From the human T2T-CHM13v2.0 reference genome, Homo sapiens: 64,000 nt of DNA. The first letter of the stretch is position 1; every line of letters begins with the position of its first letter. The notes under the pieces were generated by a model. The model did not search any database. It saw only the letters and a list, made by a program, of their open reading frames with translations, and was not told the origin of the DNA. The position numbers and the translations under genes are program-made. This document shows, one piece after another, positions 30,142 through 47,354 of the stretch. The DNA lies in assembly GCF_009914755.1 (NCBI RefSeq), contig NC_060947.1; one strand, 5' to 3'.

Positions 30142-30482
30142 GAACACATGGACACAATAGGTGCACTGGGGCCTATTCAGGGGAGGTGGGCAGAGGGAGA
30201 GCATAAGGAAGAATAGCTAATGAATGCTAGGCTTAATACCTAGGTGATGGGTTGATCTGTACAGTAAACCACCATGGCACACGTTTACCTATATAACACA
30301 CCTGCACATCCTGCACATGTACCAGGGAACTTAAAAATAAATGTTCAAGAAAAAAAATAAATGCATGGGTCTGTAACTTTCATTCATTCAGAAACCTAAA
30401 ATACTTATTTGCAGAATATATTGTGGTTCTTGATCATAGCCTTGAAATCTCCTAAACAAAAAATTTTAAAATAGTGAAGATG

Positions 30483-30851
<369 letters not shown>

Positions 30852-30879
30852 TTATGTGAAGATGAGAAATTAACTTTGT

Positions 30880-31200
30880 TTTTTAAATAAATTTCTTGAA
30901 GAAAAATTGATACGTATAAAATTTGATAAGTTTGGACATATTCTTATAACCATTACCACAATAAAAGTAATAAACATATTTTGTTTCCAAATGTTTCTTT
31001 ATGCCCTTTTATTTGTTTGCTTTGTATTAAAACCACTTAAAGTATTAATAATATCTACCATTTTAACAAGATTTTTAACTGCAAAATACAGTGTTGTTAA
31101 CAGTAGGCACAACGTTGTGCAGCAGATTTCTAGAACTACTCGTCTTATATAGTTGAAACTTTATACTCATTAAACAGCCACTACCTATGTCTACTGCCAG
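30880..31200 (-). mobile_element. L1M 3' end fragment
   Basis: Antisense L1MA/MB 3'UTR motifs (cagcagatttctagaact, gttgaaactttatactc). Confidence 0.65.
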
Positions 31201-31239
31201 TTTTCCTGCTGTTGTGCTTTTCACTGCTTCTCTAACTCC

Positions 31240-31345
31240 AGCGTGATCAACCATCCTAGTTTGCCCTTGATTGAGACAATCCACAGGAAATAGGACTTTC
31301 AGTACTGAAACGGAGACAATCCCAGGCAAGCAAGGATGGTTGGGA
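31240..31345. mobile_element. MER81/MER94-like hAT-Blackjack MITE
   Basis: Inverted ends caaccatcctagtttgcc ... ggcaagcaaggatggttg. Confidence 0.5.
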
Positions 31346-31654
31346 TGCTTGCTCATCCTAATCCTACCCCTATTCCCATTATTTTCACCATGGCATTTAA
31401 ATTGAGTGAATGCTCCTACCAGAGTTTGAAGGTTTGGGGTAAATTTCCTCTGTCAGTGTCCTTAGTCTCTTTAAGGAGGCTTCCTTTCTATGAGATTTAA
31501 TCAGGAAACTGTAGTCTCTGAACCTATGGGAAAGAAGAAGTGACATAGCATTTAAGGAAAAAACAAGGTGCAGAATGTATTCATTCAAACATGTTAAGTA
31601 CCTACTCTGTGTAAGGCACATAACTAGTATAAACTTCGCTAAATTCATGAGCAT

Positions 31655-32015
31655 TCTAAGTGTTTTTATCTATTCATAACAAAATATTATAAACTGGGTA
31701 GCTTATAGTAACACAAATGTATTTTCCACTATTCTTGAGGCTGGAAATCCAACATCAAGTTGTTTGAAAATTCAGTGTCTGCTGAGGGCCCACTTTCTGA
31801 TTCACAGACAGCACCTTTTAGCTGTGTTCTCAGCTGATGAAGGGGTGATGAGTTTCTCTGTTAGGCCTCTTTTATAAGGACACTAATCCTATTCACGAGG
31901 GCTCTACTCTCATGACCTAATGACCTCCCAAAGGGCACACCTCCTAAAGAATCACATTAGGGGTTAACAATTCAACATATCAGTTTTGGAGAGGACACAA
32001 AATTTGTATCATAGA
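31655..32015 (-). mobile_element. MLT1A/MST-like MaLR solo LTR
   Basis: ggcctcttttataaggacactaatcctattcacgagggctctactctcatgacctaa. Confidence 0.75.
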
Positions 32016-32959
32016 AGCTAATGGTCACACATGAAAATTACATTTATGACCCAATTCAGACCACATATCAATAGATCCAAAGGCCTGGGTTGAGTGACAG
32101 CAGTTTTGAAACTGTTAATTGATGAAGACATTTGTTTGAGATAAATTATAATCTGTGACGGGTACATTGCATTATTTGAAAATCTATATTTTCTATTAGA
32201 AAAAAGGGCTATGCTGTTATTTTACATACATAAGTTTATGTTAAGGTTTCTAAGAGATTAGTCTGAATGTTAACAAACTGAAAGACACCCTGAATAGTAG
32301 CAAAGTGAAGTTTTGACTAAATCCCTGGTATCAATTTTTGCGTGTCATCTTCTAAAAAGCAATTCCTTCTAAAAATCAATTAATCTGCGCAATTAAAGTT
32401 CATTTAAAGCTCTAGTTAAACAAGTTTTACAGGGTTTCATTATCAGCCATGCTAATCTAGATCATTACTGAGATCCTGAGGTATTGACAATACAGGCTTA
32501 TTTTGTTCAATTCTGTTTTGTATTTAAAACCTGCAGGTGGAAGTTCTTGAATTAATAGTCTCATAGGAATGTAATGTGTCATTTTCCTAGAAAATGCTTA
32601 AAATAACATAGATGGCACCAGTATTGCTTCATTGGCATTGTTTGCACAGTAGTTGACAAACTGGAGACTAGTCTTTCTTCTATAACAACCTCCTTTCCTT
32701 CAGTCACTTCAAATACTTACTATTCTTCAAATTTATACACTCTTGAAATTCTGTATCTTAGGTCTTAGCAAAGATTATCATTTCCAACTTGATATGGCAA
32801 TGTTGTCATTTACTACAAAATTAAAAAGAAACACTGCCAGCTAAGATTCAGTCTGCCAGTTGGTTAAGGTAAGTTTCAAAGCAATTTTTTTTGTGGGGAG
32901 AATGTTAAAATTTATTTCAGAAATTTTGATATATAAAATATAATATTAACTGTGGTCAT

Positions 32960-33112
32960 GTAAAATGATAAATTGGTGAGGTGATATACATGTTAATTAC
33001 ATTGATTGAATCTACCTATATGTATTCACAAGTCAAAACATCATATCATACACCATAAATATATAAAATTATTGTCAATTTAAACTAAATAAGTAGATAG
33101 ATAAATAAATAA
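32960..33112 (+). mobile_element. L1MA 3' end fragment
   Basis: ggtgaggtgatatacatgttaatta...caccataaatatata with A-rich tail. Confidence 0.65.
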
Positions 33113-34829
33113 ATATTATGTCTTATATGCTTTCTCTATGTTATGGTAATTAATCCAAAGAGAGACCAGACAAGGTTTAGCTTTAATAGACTGCCTTTTC
33201 AACTTTCACAATATAAGTTTTGGGTTAAGAAAGAGTTTGATTATAAACAAAGGCTACAATGAAAAGACACACCATGACAAAGCAGAAGTCAATATACATA
33301 AAGGTTATAGAATAGAGTATGTTTAATCTTTTTTATATCTACAGAAATCAAATGGCTTTGGTTTACATATGTACTTCTTAAACTCTTTGGGTTCCAAGAG
33401 GATCACTGGGACCAACATAAGAAAAACGAAATTTGTTATCAAAATCCATATGAATTGTGTTAGAAGCAGGAAGCCTTTAGGGTCCAAAGCAGCATGTCTA
33501 TGAATAAATGTTTGCTCTCTCTCTCTCTCCTTCTTCTGGTATTTCTCTTTCATGACACATCTACTTCCACCATGGAGTTCTTGCTTTTCTCTATGTGTCT
33601 GCTCTCTTTTTGTATTTTCTACTCAACAATCCTTTTTACATTTTCCAGCTAAAATTCTGGAATCTGGCACATTTAATATAGTTGTCTTTATTAATTACTA
33701 TTGCTTTAATTTGGCAAATCTCCTTTTGTCAGACTACATCATGAGTCACTGTACAATTTATTTTTCTTTGGGTTATCTGAACGCTCCTGTTTCCACCTGT
33801 GGTCATTCTGGTATAAACAAACATCGCACAAAAACACTGGCTTGAAATTGAATCCTTGTGCAAGAAATCTGATTAGAAAAATTTCATGTAGTTGGAAATT
33901 TTAGTTAAGTCAAGTATAACTGACATGCCCTGTACATCGTGCCTCTTCAGCTTCTGATGAGCTATGCTGCTTTGCCTCTATTGACTTCAATTACCTCACT
34001 TGTAAAACTCTAAAGGAACTAAAATTGATGATTATGATCTCCTTATATTCAAACATGCTTGGAAGTTCAAATGTACTATTTTAGGCAATATTAGTGACGG
34101 TGGGGAGAGTTTGGGAGAGAGGAAGACCCCGAAATACTACCTCATTATGCAAGTACTTTTAAATGTAGCTAATATTAATATTAAACCTTATCCTGAGGCT
34201 TAATAGTTTGGTTTCTCTCTTTAGAAACATTTGCTGTATCCCCAGAGCTAGTGATATTTGAGGAAAGAATGAAGAAAAAATAAAATAAAATTTATTTTCA
34301 TGGAAATACCCTGTCTTTGGAAGAGCATCTTAAAAAAACAGAAACATAATTTTTAAACCTAAGATAGACTGTTGTATAGTATTGATTGCCTCCCAAGAGG
34401 GCCAGAACAGAAGGGTTCAGTTCGGTGAACACTCTATTTATGGAAAATATAAATTGAAAGGAATGCTTAATACTCTCTTGATGATTAGATTTTGTTTTCA
34501 TCAATATTTAGACCCTGCGTACAAGACCAGGGAAGACTATGACAACCTATAGAAACAGGATTCGAGGGGAGAGGCTTCAAGGGTCTTGTGAAGTCTAGGA
34601 TTTCATCTGGATAGAATACTCATAGAATCATTGAGCTGAGGAGTGATATAGATCCATAAGGCAGGGTTAAAGCTGGGAATGGAAAGCAAATGAATGCAAT
34701 ACCTAAAAGGAGAAGTGAGATAGATAGAAACAGGGGACTTCTGGAGAGAGATAAGTAATAAGGAATGTCATCATTTATTTTTTTTTCTTCAACACATACT
34801 CATTGTAGAAATAATGTCATCTAGTGATT

Positions 34830-35010
34830 AACATAATAGACTTTAGAGACAAAATAGACCTGGGTTCTAAATTTTAATTTAGTATCTACAAAGTTTGTTC
34901 TTGGACATGTTAAAGAGCTTTTCTGAGTATCTTTTATCATCTGTAAACTTGGGAGAATAATAAGCATCTCATAGGGTTGTTGTAAATATATAATGAATTA
35001 ATTTTTTTCT
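34830..35010 (+). mobile_element. MIR
   Basis: agacctgggttctaa...atcatctgtaaact...ctcatagggttgttgtaa core. Confidence 0.6.
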
Positions 35011-35136
35011 TTTAGTAAACATTCCATAAATAATAGTTGTAAGTAATATTATCAGTATTTTAAGTTTTATATTGTTACTGTTTATTAGGTTCCTTTTATA
35101 CATCAGGAAAATTACTAAGCTTTTGAAAATTGTTAA

Positions 35137-35216
35137 GAGACCAGAAAATGTATTAAGTGAATAAATCAAGGGCTTTGAGACCAGAGAATGTATTAACTGA
35201 ATAAATCAACGGCTTT
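35137..35216. repeat. 40-bp tandem duplication (2 copies, 3 mismatches)
   Basis: gagaccagaaaatgtattaagtgaataaatcaagggcttt / gagaccagagaatgtattaactgaataaatcaacggcttt. Confidence 0.95.
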
Positions 35217-36906
35217 GTACAAGTCAGATTTGCCAGGATATTCTTTTTTATGGGTCATGGGAAACCTTTACAGGCAGGAGGAGGCTCTATAAGGAAGGGG
35301 CATGCTCTAAAAATGTCCCAGAAACTCGTGAGTTACCCATAGTTTGATTGTATATAGGTTCTTGGGAAGATCTACATTCATAGTGTGAACAAACTCATAT
35401 GTATCTATTAACTGGAAAGTAATAACTATAGCATGCTAGAAAAATAAAGGAAATTTGTATTGTTTAATATGCAGGCTGGTGAAAAAAATATTGTTTTTTG
35501 GAAAACAATTACTACATAAGGAATAATCACCAGTGTTTTAAGCAACCTTTTTGCCATGTTTTCTTAGTGCTGGTGGAAGCTAATGTGCAGGGTCCGTGAT
35601 AAGGAGCTTCTCTGTAACAGACCTTCACTGCTACCTAAATGCAAGCTGAACTAGCATAAATAATTGTGCTGTAGAAAGTCTTTCTGTTGCACCTTGCTGA
35701 TCACTGACAATTTACATATCTTAGGAAAACCTTTGTTGGCTTCTGTCATTTCTGTGCTATTATGTGCCTTTCTGGATAATTACCAGTTAATTTGAAAAAG
35801 CAGATGGAAAAAAACCTTGAAATTTCTGATAGAAAATTCTTAAACCTCTCCTCTTATCTGTGCAGAGCAGCTTCCTGATTTCAAAAGAAGTTTCAAAACC
35901 TTTGTTAAATATGTCCCTGATTTCCAGTTTGAATGAACCTAATGACATTAAGCTAAAATTATTCTGCTCTTTTTCACAATTAACTTCCATTATCGTGAAC
36001 TGTCAAAGTAAAATGGAAGGCCTCTTAACTAATATGGCAGTTGTTTGCTTGGTATGTTTTGTGGCATGGACTGTGTAAAACTGTGTGAAATGTTTGTAAG
36101 TTGTGGAGAAACAATAATTGTAATTTTGCAACAATGAGTAGGCTGTATCACAGTCTCCTTTTTCCTCTTCTCCTCCCCATTCCAAAAAGGATCCCTGTAG
36201 ATAGAGAGACACTGGCTGACCATTTCACAAAACTTAAGAGGTGGTGGGCAGCTTTAATCTGTAAACCCTCTAATTGATTTCTCTGCTCTTTGTCTAGTAT
36301 TTGTGTTAGACATTAAGCAACCTCAAATACCACTCTTATTAATGAAGATATTATTACAGCATAATTCATTAAAGTTATTACAAGATTGTATTCAAATTTA
36401 TATCAGCAAGAGCAGAATGTCTGAACATGTTTATACCTGGGTAAAAGGCAAATAAGTTACCATACACTAGTAACAATGAAATTCATCTCTCAGCGTCACC
36501 TTCTGTGAGTTTATCTTTCACTCAAATAGATTCATCTCTCCTATCTCTGTATCTTTGGGGATGTGGGATATTTAGTACTTTGAAATATTTAAAGTCCTCT
36601 TTTCTTACCTTTTTATAAAATTTGCTGTTAATGCTGAAGTGAGCTCATGAATTCTCTGTCAGTGAATTATTGACTTTATGAAATATCCATGGACAAATTT
36701 AGGGTCCCATTTCAGCTTTCCTCATGGCTTTCTTTGTACTTTTTTTTAGCCTTCTGGGTACTCATAGGATGTAAACATAAAACCTCTCATACAAATGTTT
36801 CATTCAGCTATTGCATATGCTAGACTTGTGTCCCTTATGTATAAATGGCTTCCACAAACCCTGAGTTGCCATTGTAAGAGTGATTGTCATAACAATGATA
36901 GGAACT

Positions 36907-36960
36907 ATCATCCTGCTCATCATCATCACTGTTATCATCAACATCATCATTATCATCATC
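36907..36960. repeat. Degenerate (ATC)n microsatellite
   Basis: Interrupted catcatcat runs. Confidence 0.7.
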
Positions 36961-37063
36961 GTAATGGTTAACATTAATTGAGGACATTTTCTGTGCTTAG
37001 TTCTGTCTAATTAATTGGTATTCACTCTCTGTCTTTGTAAGGTGTGGGGAAACAATAAAAATA

Positions 37064-37427
37064 TCTAGTTTATTCAAGCTGCTTTAGCAGAATACTTTAG
37101 ACTGGATAATTTTAATAAATAATAGAAATTTATTTTTCACAGTTCCGGAGGCTGGATAGTCCAAGTTTAAGGTGCCAGCAGATTCAATGTCTGCTGAAGG
37201 CTCACTCTGTGCTTCATAGATTGATGCCTCTTGCTAGGTTCTCACACGGTGAAAAGAGTAAAAGAGGCAAACAAACTTTCTCAAACTTTTTTTACAGGGA
37301 CAATAATCCCATTTATGAGAGCAAAGCCCTCATGAACTAATGACCTTCCAAAGGGAATACCATCACCTTAGGGGTTTAGGTTTCAAGATATTAATTTTTA
37401 AAAGACAGAAATATTACAACTATAGCA
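37064..37427 (-). mobile_element. MLT1A/MST-like MaLR solo LTR
   Basis: cacagttccggaggctgg...aaggtgccagcagattcaatgtctg. Confidence 0.75.
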
Positions 37428-37726
37428 CTATCTCATTTAATCATTCAAGCAATCCTACATAGTGGGTACTATTATTTTCCATATCTCATGGATGAGAAAA
37501 TTGGGTTTGGAAAAATGAAATAATATCTCCAATGTCATTCACATAAAACACATTAAGACAAAGATTGAAACTCAGTCTGTGTTATCCTAAAGCACTGTAC
37601 TAAATACTATGTTTTCTATGAGGAGCTCCCATTTCTCTTTTATTTTCAAGTTAGAAATTAGACACCTCTAGGCTTCTTTCCCTCCTTTTAAAATAGTCTG
37701 AACCTGCAACTTTATGCTCCATCCCT

Positions 37727-38170
37727 TGTTAATTAAAATTTATGGGAGACCATTTATTTGGACTGAGCTCTTGCGCTATGCCCCAAAAGACCAAGCCAAA
37801 ATGGAGTCACTCATGCTCAAGTTCCACATCACCAAACTGAAACTAAGTTGTTTTTCGGACCTTTTGAGAAATCAGGAGGGAGCTGACAGCCAAATCCCCA
37901 AACAGACCAGTTTAGCTTGTGTATCAAAGAAGTTCTCTCCGCTTTAACCTTTACAAGGAAAGCAACCTGAAGTAACCTGGTAGTAACAAATCCACTTTTT
38001 GTATAATTTTGTTTGTTTCTACTCAAGCTTATTTATAAAAACCAATTGCTCCGCCATGTCCAAAAGAGCACTTAGCTTATTCTTTATTTAAGGTGCTGCC
38101 TGAATCACGAACTGCTAATAAAAGTCAATCAGATCTTTAAACTAAATTTGTTGAAATTTTGTATCTTTCA
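37727..38170 (+). mobile_element. ERV1 (MER4-group) solo LTR, subfamily uncertain
   Basis: TG...CA termini, ccaaaatggagtcactcatgc motif, AATAAA near 38117, flanks ccct/tcct. Confidence 0.65.
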
Positions 38171-38651
38171 TCCTAAATCTTGCACATATTCCATGGCAGA
38201 GTAGCTCCTAGGAGTTAAAATCAGGAGAAAATATCCAAGAGACTCTCTCATCTTTTGCCATTGCTACTGGTTGGTTTTATACCATCCCATGAACCTGCAG
38301 CAGTAACTTACTCTGTGTCTCCACTAAGCCCTCAGCTCATGCCCTTATTCCTGGTATAAAATGTCAAGAATGGATGGCTAACTAGAACTATGGATCAATT
38401 TTGTTTTTTAAATATAAATCAATCGTGTTTTATTCATTTAGGCATACAAAGCTTCATGATTCACATCACCTGTGAACATATTAGTGGATACAGTAGAAAG
38501 AACATGAAGCTTTACAATATAAGAAACAAGTTAATTTGTATTCTGCCATCAGCAAACTCTCTAACATTGGAGAAGTTTCTAAATTCCTTTGATCCTCCGT
38601 TCCCTTTTCTGTAAAACAAGGTTAATGATATCTCTCTTTTAAGAGTCGTAG

Positions 38652-39455
<804 letters not shown>

Positions 39456-39807
39456 ATTTCATAGATCTCAAGACAGGTAATATTTAACAATATCTAGCAG
39501 AAATTCCTTTTTTTACTTACAAAGCATCTTTCTTGGAGAAAAAGAGTTGTAGTGTGGATTAAATGAGATTATGGATGCAAATTACCTGGAACTATGCAAA
39601 TGGATGGTAGTTACTCCAGAAAAAAGTACATGTTACTGTTCTCTTATATTGTTAGAGATTATATATAAAAAAGGAGAAAGGGTGGCTATCTAAAGAAGTG
39701 TTTTCCTCACAAATTCAAGCCATAAGAATAAAACAAGTATTATAACTGCTTGGTGTGTCCCTAAGTGGAAATCTGCAGTTTCATATGAAATATTCAATTC
39801 ATTTAAT

Positions 39808-42484
<2,677 letters not shown>

Positions 42485-43624
42485 GTAATTAAAATTAAAA
42501 ATAAATAAAAATATCAATGAATTTAATTAAAAACCAACAATGCACTAAGCACTGTGCCAAGTGTGTTCATTAAATAATTTTAAATAATCTATACAGTATT
42601 CTGACTTTTAATATAAGGAAACCAAGGTTCTGGAGTGTGAATCTGCTGGCTGTTACTCCAAAAGTTCTAAAGTAGGGACTCAAGGCCAACTCTGTCTGAC
42701 CCCAAGGCTCACTGAATAATGGTGCCTTTGAGTTAGGAAATTAAAGCAGTCCTCCTCCAAACTTAACTGGCCAATTTAGGAAACACTGAATAGCTAGTAT
42801 GTGCAAGGTACTGCGCCAGGTGCAATCAGAGATATATATGATTAAAACATGGCTTCTGATCTATGTAATCATGACTATAATTCAAGGTAGGTCATTGTTA
42901 AATACTATATGACCGGTATAAACAAAATATTTTGAGATTTGAATCAAAAGACAATTTCTGATGGTTAGGTTTTCAAATTTCTTAACTCAGGTGCATGTGA
43001 GTTACAGAGGTTTTTGTGGCCTGGCTTAGGGATTTAACTGCCATAATACTGTGTGTATGATAGGATACATTGTCAGTCCTAGTGCAGCCAACCTACAAAT
43101 AAAAGGTTAAAATACAACCATCTGTAAGTTAGGAGGTGTAAGGGTTGTGTTTGAGATGGCTGCCTGCCTGATGCTTCAAAAGAAACTAGGGGGATAAATG
43201 GAAAGGATTTCCTATTCAGGAAAGGTGTGTTTAAATTCTTGCTTCGTCACTTTTAGGTGCATGACTTCTGGCGAATCACCTAAACTTTCTGAGCTGCAGT
43301 TTCCACGGGTGTAAAATAAAGTAGTGGTTATGGAAGTGCATTGTAAAGGATATAAATGTGACACAACCTAGTTAATGTATTGATTTTTATTATAGATATA
43401 TGTGGCATCTTCCCCTTTTCATTTGCATAAATATCCATTTTGTGTGAGTCTGGCAGCCAGTGTCTTAAAGTTGTTAAACGGGGCAAAGCATTTTAAGGAG
43501 GTTGTTCCTTCTTACTTGGTAAATAAAACAGTGACCTTTAGTGAGTAGCTACTCTACTCCAGGCACTTAGCCCTCAGGAAATATACAATCTCATTAAGGT
43601 AAGAAGATACCTGTAGATATCATT

Positions 43625-43850
43625 AGAGCTAATGCTTACTGAGTTTATAGTATGTACAAGGAATCATTTTAAGTACTTTATATATGTTGTCCAGACAAAC
43701 TATTACAATATTCCTGTATGTTGATAATACAATCTTCATCTTACAGATGAGAAAATTTAAGGTATAGAGAAGTTAAATAATCTACTTGAGGTTAGACATG
43801 CAATAAGCAAGAACCTGAAACTCAAACTCAGACGGTTTGGCAAAACCAGG
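43625..43850 (-). mobile_element. MIR
   Basis: cttacagatgagaaaatttaaggtatagagaagttaaataa core. Confidence 0.6.
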
Positions 43851-44462
43851 CTCATACCTGTTCCCCCATGTGAACAGAGAAGAAACAATACCAGGCTGTT
43901 TGCCAAGAGGTGTATTAGTGAGCTAGATAATACATTTCAAGTGCTGCAGGAATGCAGATCCCAAAGAGGCTCAAGAAGATGAAACTTCAAGGCCACAAGC
44001 CTTCTCCCTCAGTTGAGTGTAGATTTCAGCTGTCAGAATACATTTCTTTCCTTAAACAGATCCCGGGCTTTCTAGGGATCTTTCAGTCTTTGACAATGGG
44101 GTTATATCCTTGCATTTTATGTCACCCCCTGCATTTCTTCTTAAGATTAGAAAATAAAATAGTAAGGGTAGAATAGTCTAGTCACCATCCTCCTTCGTAT
44201 TGAGCTAATATTATGTCTTATCCAGAGTTTGAATATTACCCAGGAGGTTACTGCGCACATTAAGTGCACTTGATGTCAATAGAGGAGTAAGAAACCCTGA
44301 ATGACTGTTTTATTGGCAACTTTCAATGACTCGGATCTTCTTCTGTGAGCAGCTTTTCTGTTGTGAATATCAGTGGCTCAAAGGGTAGGGTTTCTTTAAT
44401 GAAGAATTAAGTGCTTAATGGTGGAGTGTCTAATTACTTATTTACTAATTGCTGTTACATAA

Positions 44463-46783
44463 TCTATTAGTCTGTTCACACACTGCTGATAAAGACATAC
44501 TCGAGACTGGGCAATTAACAAAGAAAAGAGGTTTAATGGAGAACTCACATTTCCATATGGCTGGGGAGGCCTCACGCTCATGGTGGAAGGCAAGGAGAAG
44601 CAAGTCACATCTTAGTGGACAGCCACAGGAGAACAGAGAGAGCTTCTGCAGGGAAATTCCCATTTTTAAAACCATCAGATCTCATGAGACTCATTCACTC
44701 TCACAAGAACAGTGCAGAAAACCCCTGCCCCCATAATTCAATTACCTCCAACTGGGTTCCTCCCATGACAAATGGGAATTGTGGGAGTTACAATTCAAGA
44801 TGAGATTTGGGTGGGGACACAGCCAATCCATATCATTCTGCCCCTGGCCCCTCACAAATATTATGTCCTCACATTTCAAAACCAATCATCCCTTTCCAAC
44901 AGTCTCCCAAAGTCTTAACTCATTTCAGCATTTACTCAAAAGTCCACAGTCCAACATCTCATCTGAGACAAGGCAAGTCCCTTCTGACTATGAGCCTGTA
45001 AAATCAAAAGCAAGTTAGTTACTTCCTAGATACAATGAGGGTACAGGGATTGGGTAAATATAGCTATTCCAAATGAGAGAAATTCACCAAAACGAAGGGG
45101 CTACAAGACCCAGGAAAGTCCAAAATCTAGCAGGGCAGTCAAATCTTAAAGCTCCAAAATGATCTCCTCTGACTCCATGTCTCGCATTTGGGTCATGCTG
45201 ATGCAAGAGGTGGTTTCCCATGGTCTTGGGCAGCTCTGCCTCTGTGGCTTTTCAAGGTACAGCCTAATTTCCAGCTGATTTCACTGGCTGGTGATGAGTG
45301 TCTGTGGCTCTGCCAGGCAAAGAGTGCAAGCTGTCAGTGGATCCACAATTCTGGGATCTGGAGGACAGTGGCCCTCTTCTCACAGCTCCACTAGGTGGTG
45401 CCCCAGTGGGGAACTCTATGTGGGGGCTCTGACCCCACGTTTTCCTTCCACACTGCCCTAGCAAAGGTTCTCCATGACAGCCCTACTCCTGCTGCAAACT
45501 ACTGCCTGGACATCCAGGTGTTTCCATACATCTTCTGGAATCCAGGAGGAGGTTCCCAAACTTCAATTCTTGACTTCTGTGCACCCACAGGCTCAACACC
45601 ACATGGAAGCTTCCAAGGCTTGGGGCTTGAACCCTCCAAAGCCACAGCCTGCTCTGTACCTTGGCCCCTTTTAGTCATGGCTGGAGTGGCTGGGATGCAG
45701 GGCACCAAGTCCCTAGACTGCACATAGCACGAGGACCCTGAGCCCAGTCCACAGAACCACTTTCTCCTCCTAGGCCTCCAGGCCTGTGATGGAAGGGGCT
45801 GCCGTGAAGACCTCTGACATGCTCTGGAAACATTTTCCTCATTGTCTTGCAGATTAACTTTCAGCTCTTCGTTACTTATTCAAAGTAATGCAGCAGGCTT
45901 GAATTTCTCCTCAGAAAATAGAATTTTATTTTCTATCACATTGTCAGACTGCAAATTTTCTTAACTTTTATGCTCTGTTTCCCTTTTAAAACTGAATGCC
46001 TTTAACAGTACCCAAGTCAAATCTTGAATGCTTTGCTGCTAGAATTTCTTCCACCTGATACCCTAAATCATCTCTCTCAAGTTCAAAGTTTTACAAATCT
46101 TTAGGGCAGGGGCAAAATGTGACCAGTCTCTCTGCTAAAACATAACAAGAGTCACCTATGCTCCAGTTCCCAACAAGTTCCTCAACTCCATCTGAAATCA
46201 CCTCAGCCTCGACCTTAGTGTTCATATCACTATCAGCATTTTTGTCAAAGCCATTCAACTAGTCTCTAGGAAGTTCCAAACTTTCCCACGTTTTCCTGTC
46301 TTCTTCTGAGCCCTCCAAACTGCTTCAACCTCTGCCTGTTACCCAGTTCCAAAGTTGCTTCCACATTTTTGGGTATATTTTCAGCCACACCCCACTCTAC
46401 TGGTACCAATTTATTGTATTAGTCCATTTTCACACTGCTGATAAAGACATATATGAGACTGGGCAATCTACAAAGGAAAGAGGTTTAATTGGACTTACAG
46501 TTTCACATGGCTGGAGAAGGCTCACAATCATGGCGGATGGCAAGAAGGAGCAAGTCACATCTTACATGGATGGTGGCAGGCAAAGAAAGAGCTTGTGCAG
46601 GAAAATTCCTATTTGCAAAACTATCGATCTCATGATACTTATTCACTATCATGAGAACAACACAGGAAAGATCTGCCCCCATAATTCAATCACCTCCCAC
46701 TGAGCTCCTCTCACAACATGTGGGAATTGTGGGAGTTACAATTCAAGATAGGATTTGTATGGGTACACAGCCAAACCATATCA
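44463..46783 (-). mobile_element. Complete THE1A-type MaLR provirus (LTR 44463-44835, internal region, LTR 46415-46783)
   Basis: Two LTRs in the same orientation, ~1.58-kb internal region, perfect 5-bp TSD CATAA. Confidence 0.93.
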
Positions 46784-47011
46784 CATAACATAGACATAAA
46801 TATCAATACTCAAACAGATTATAGCCAGATTTCTAAAGACAGGAGTGACCTTAAAGTATGTGGAATATGGCTGTCTAGATCAGGATATCTAATGGGATAA
46901 CAATACGCAGTTTGCTTCTACCTACCTGCTGCCAAGCTAGCATGTCCCATATTAGTACACCTCTTAAGGGATAAAATAACATAACCAAAGCACTCCATTA
47001 AAATGAAAATA

Positions 47012-47354
47012 CAGTCATGTGTTGCTTAAAAATGGGGATACATTCTCAAGAAATGTATCCTTTAGCAATTTCATCATTGTGCCAACATCATAGAATGTGT
47101 TTACATAAACCTATGTGGTACAGCCTACACCCACGCTATATACATAGCCTATTGCTCCTAGGCTACAGACCTGTACAGTATATGACTGTACTGAGTACTA
47201 TAGGGAATTGTAACACAATGGTAAGTACTTGCATATATAAACATATCTAAGTATAGAAAAAGTACAGTAAAAACAGATTATTATAAACATATAGGAGCAC
47301 CGTCATATATGTAGTTCATCATTTATTGAAATGTCATTATGTGGTACATGACTG
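47012..47354. mobile_element. Tigger3a/MER7-type TcMar MITE
   Basis: TA|cagtcatg...catgactg|TA terminal inverted repeats with TA target duplication. Confidence 0.85.

Larger units (their letters stand above)
24310..30356 (+). mobile_element. Near-full-length L1PA8-like element, decayed, with ~0.3 kb deleted near 29690
   Basis: 5'UTR, ORF1 ATG 25530, ORF2 ATG 26612, 3'UTR; degenerate TSD ataaa(g)tg(t/c)atgggt at 24295 and 30357. Confidence 0.88.

Noticed and set aside
35137-35216. Direct repeats resembling a CRISPR array
   Set aside because: Only two adjacent copies, no spacer, no cas genes, and the DNA is human.
33323-36223. Short ORFs in non-repeat DNA
   Set aside because: All under 100 aa, compositionally biased, with no recognisable domain or consistent splice structure.
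44557-44570. Possible PRDM9 hotspot motif in the THE1 LTR
   Set aside because: It reads CCTCCCCAGCCAT on the minus strand and does not match CCNCCNTNNCCNC; the other LTRs do not match either.
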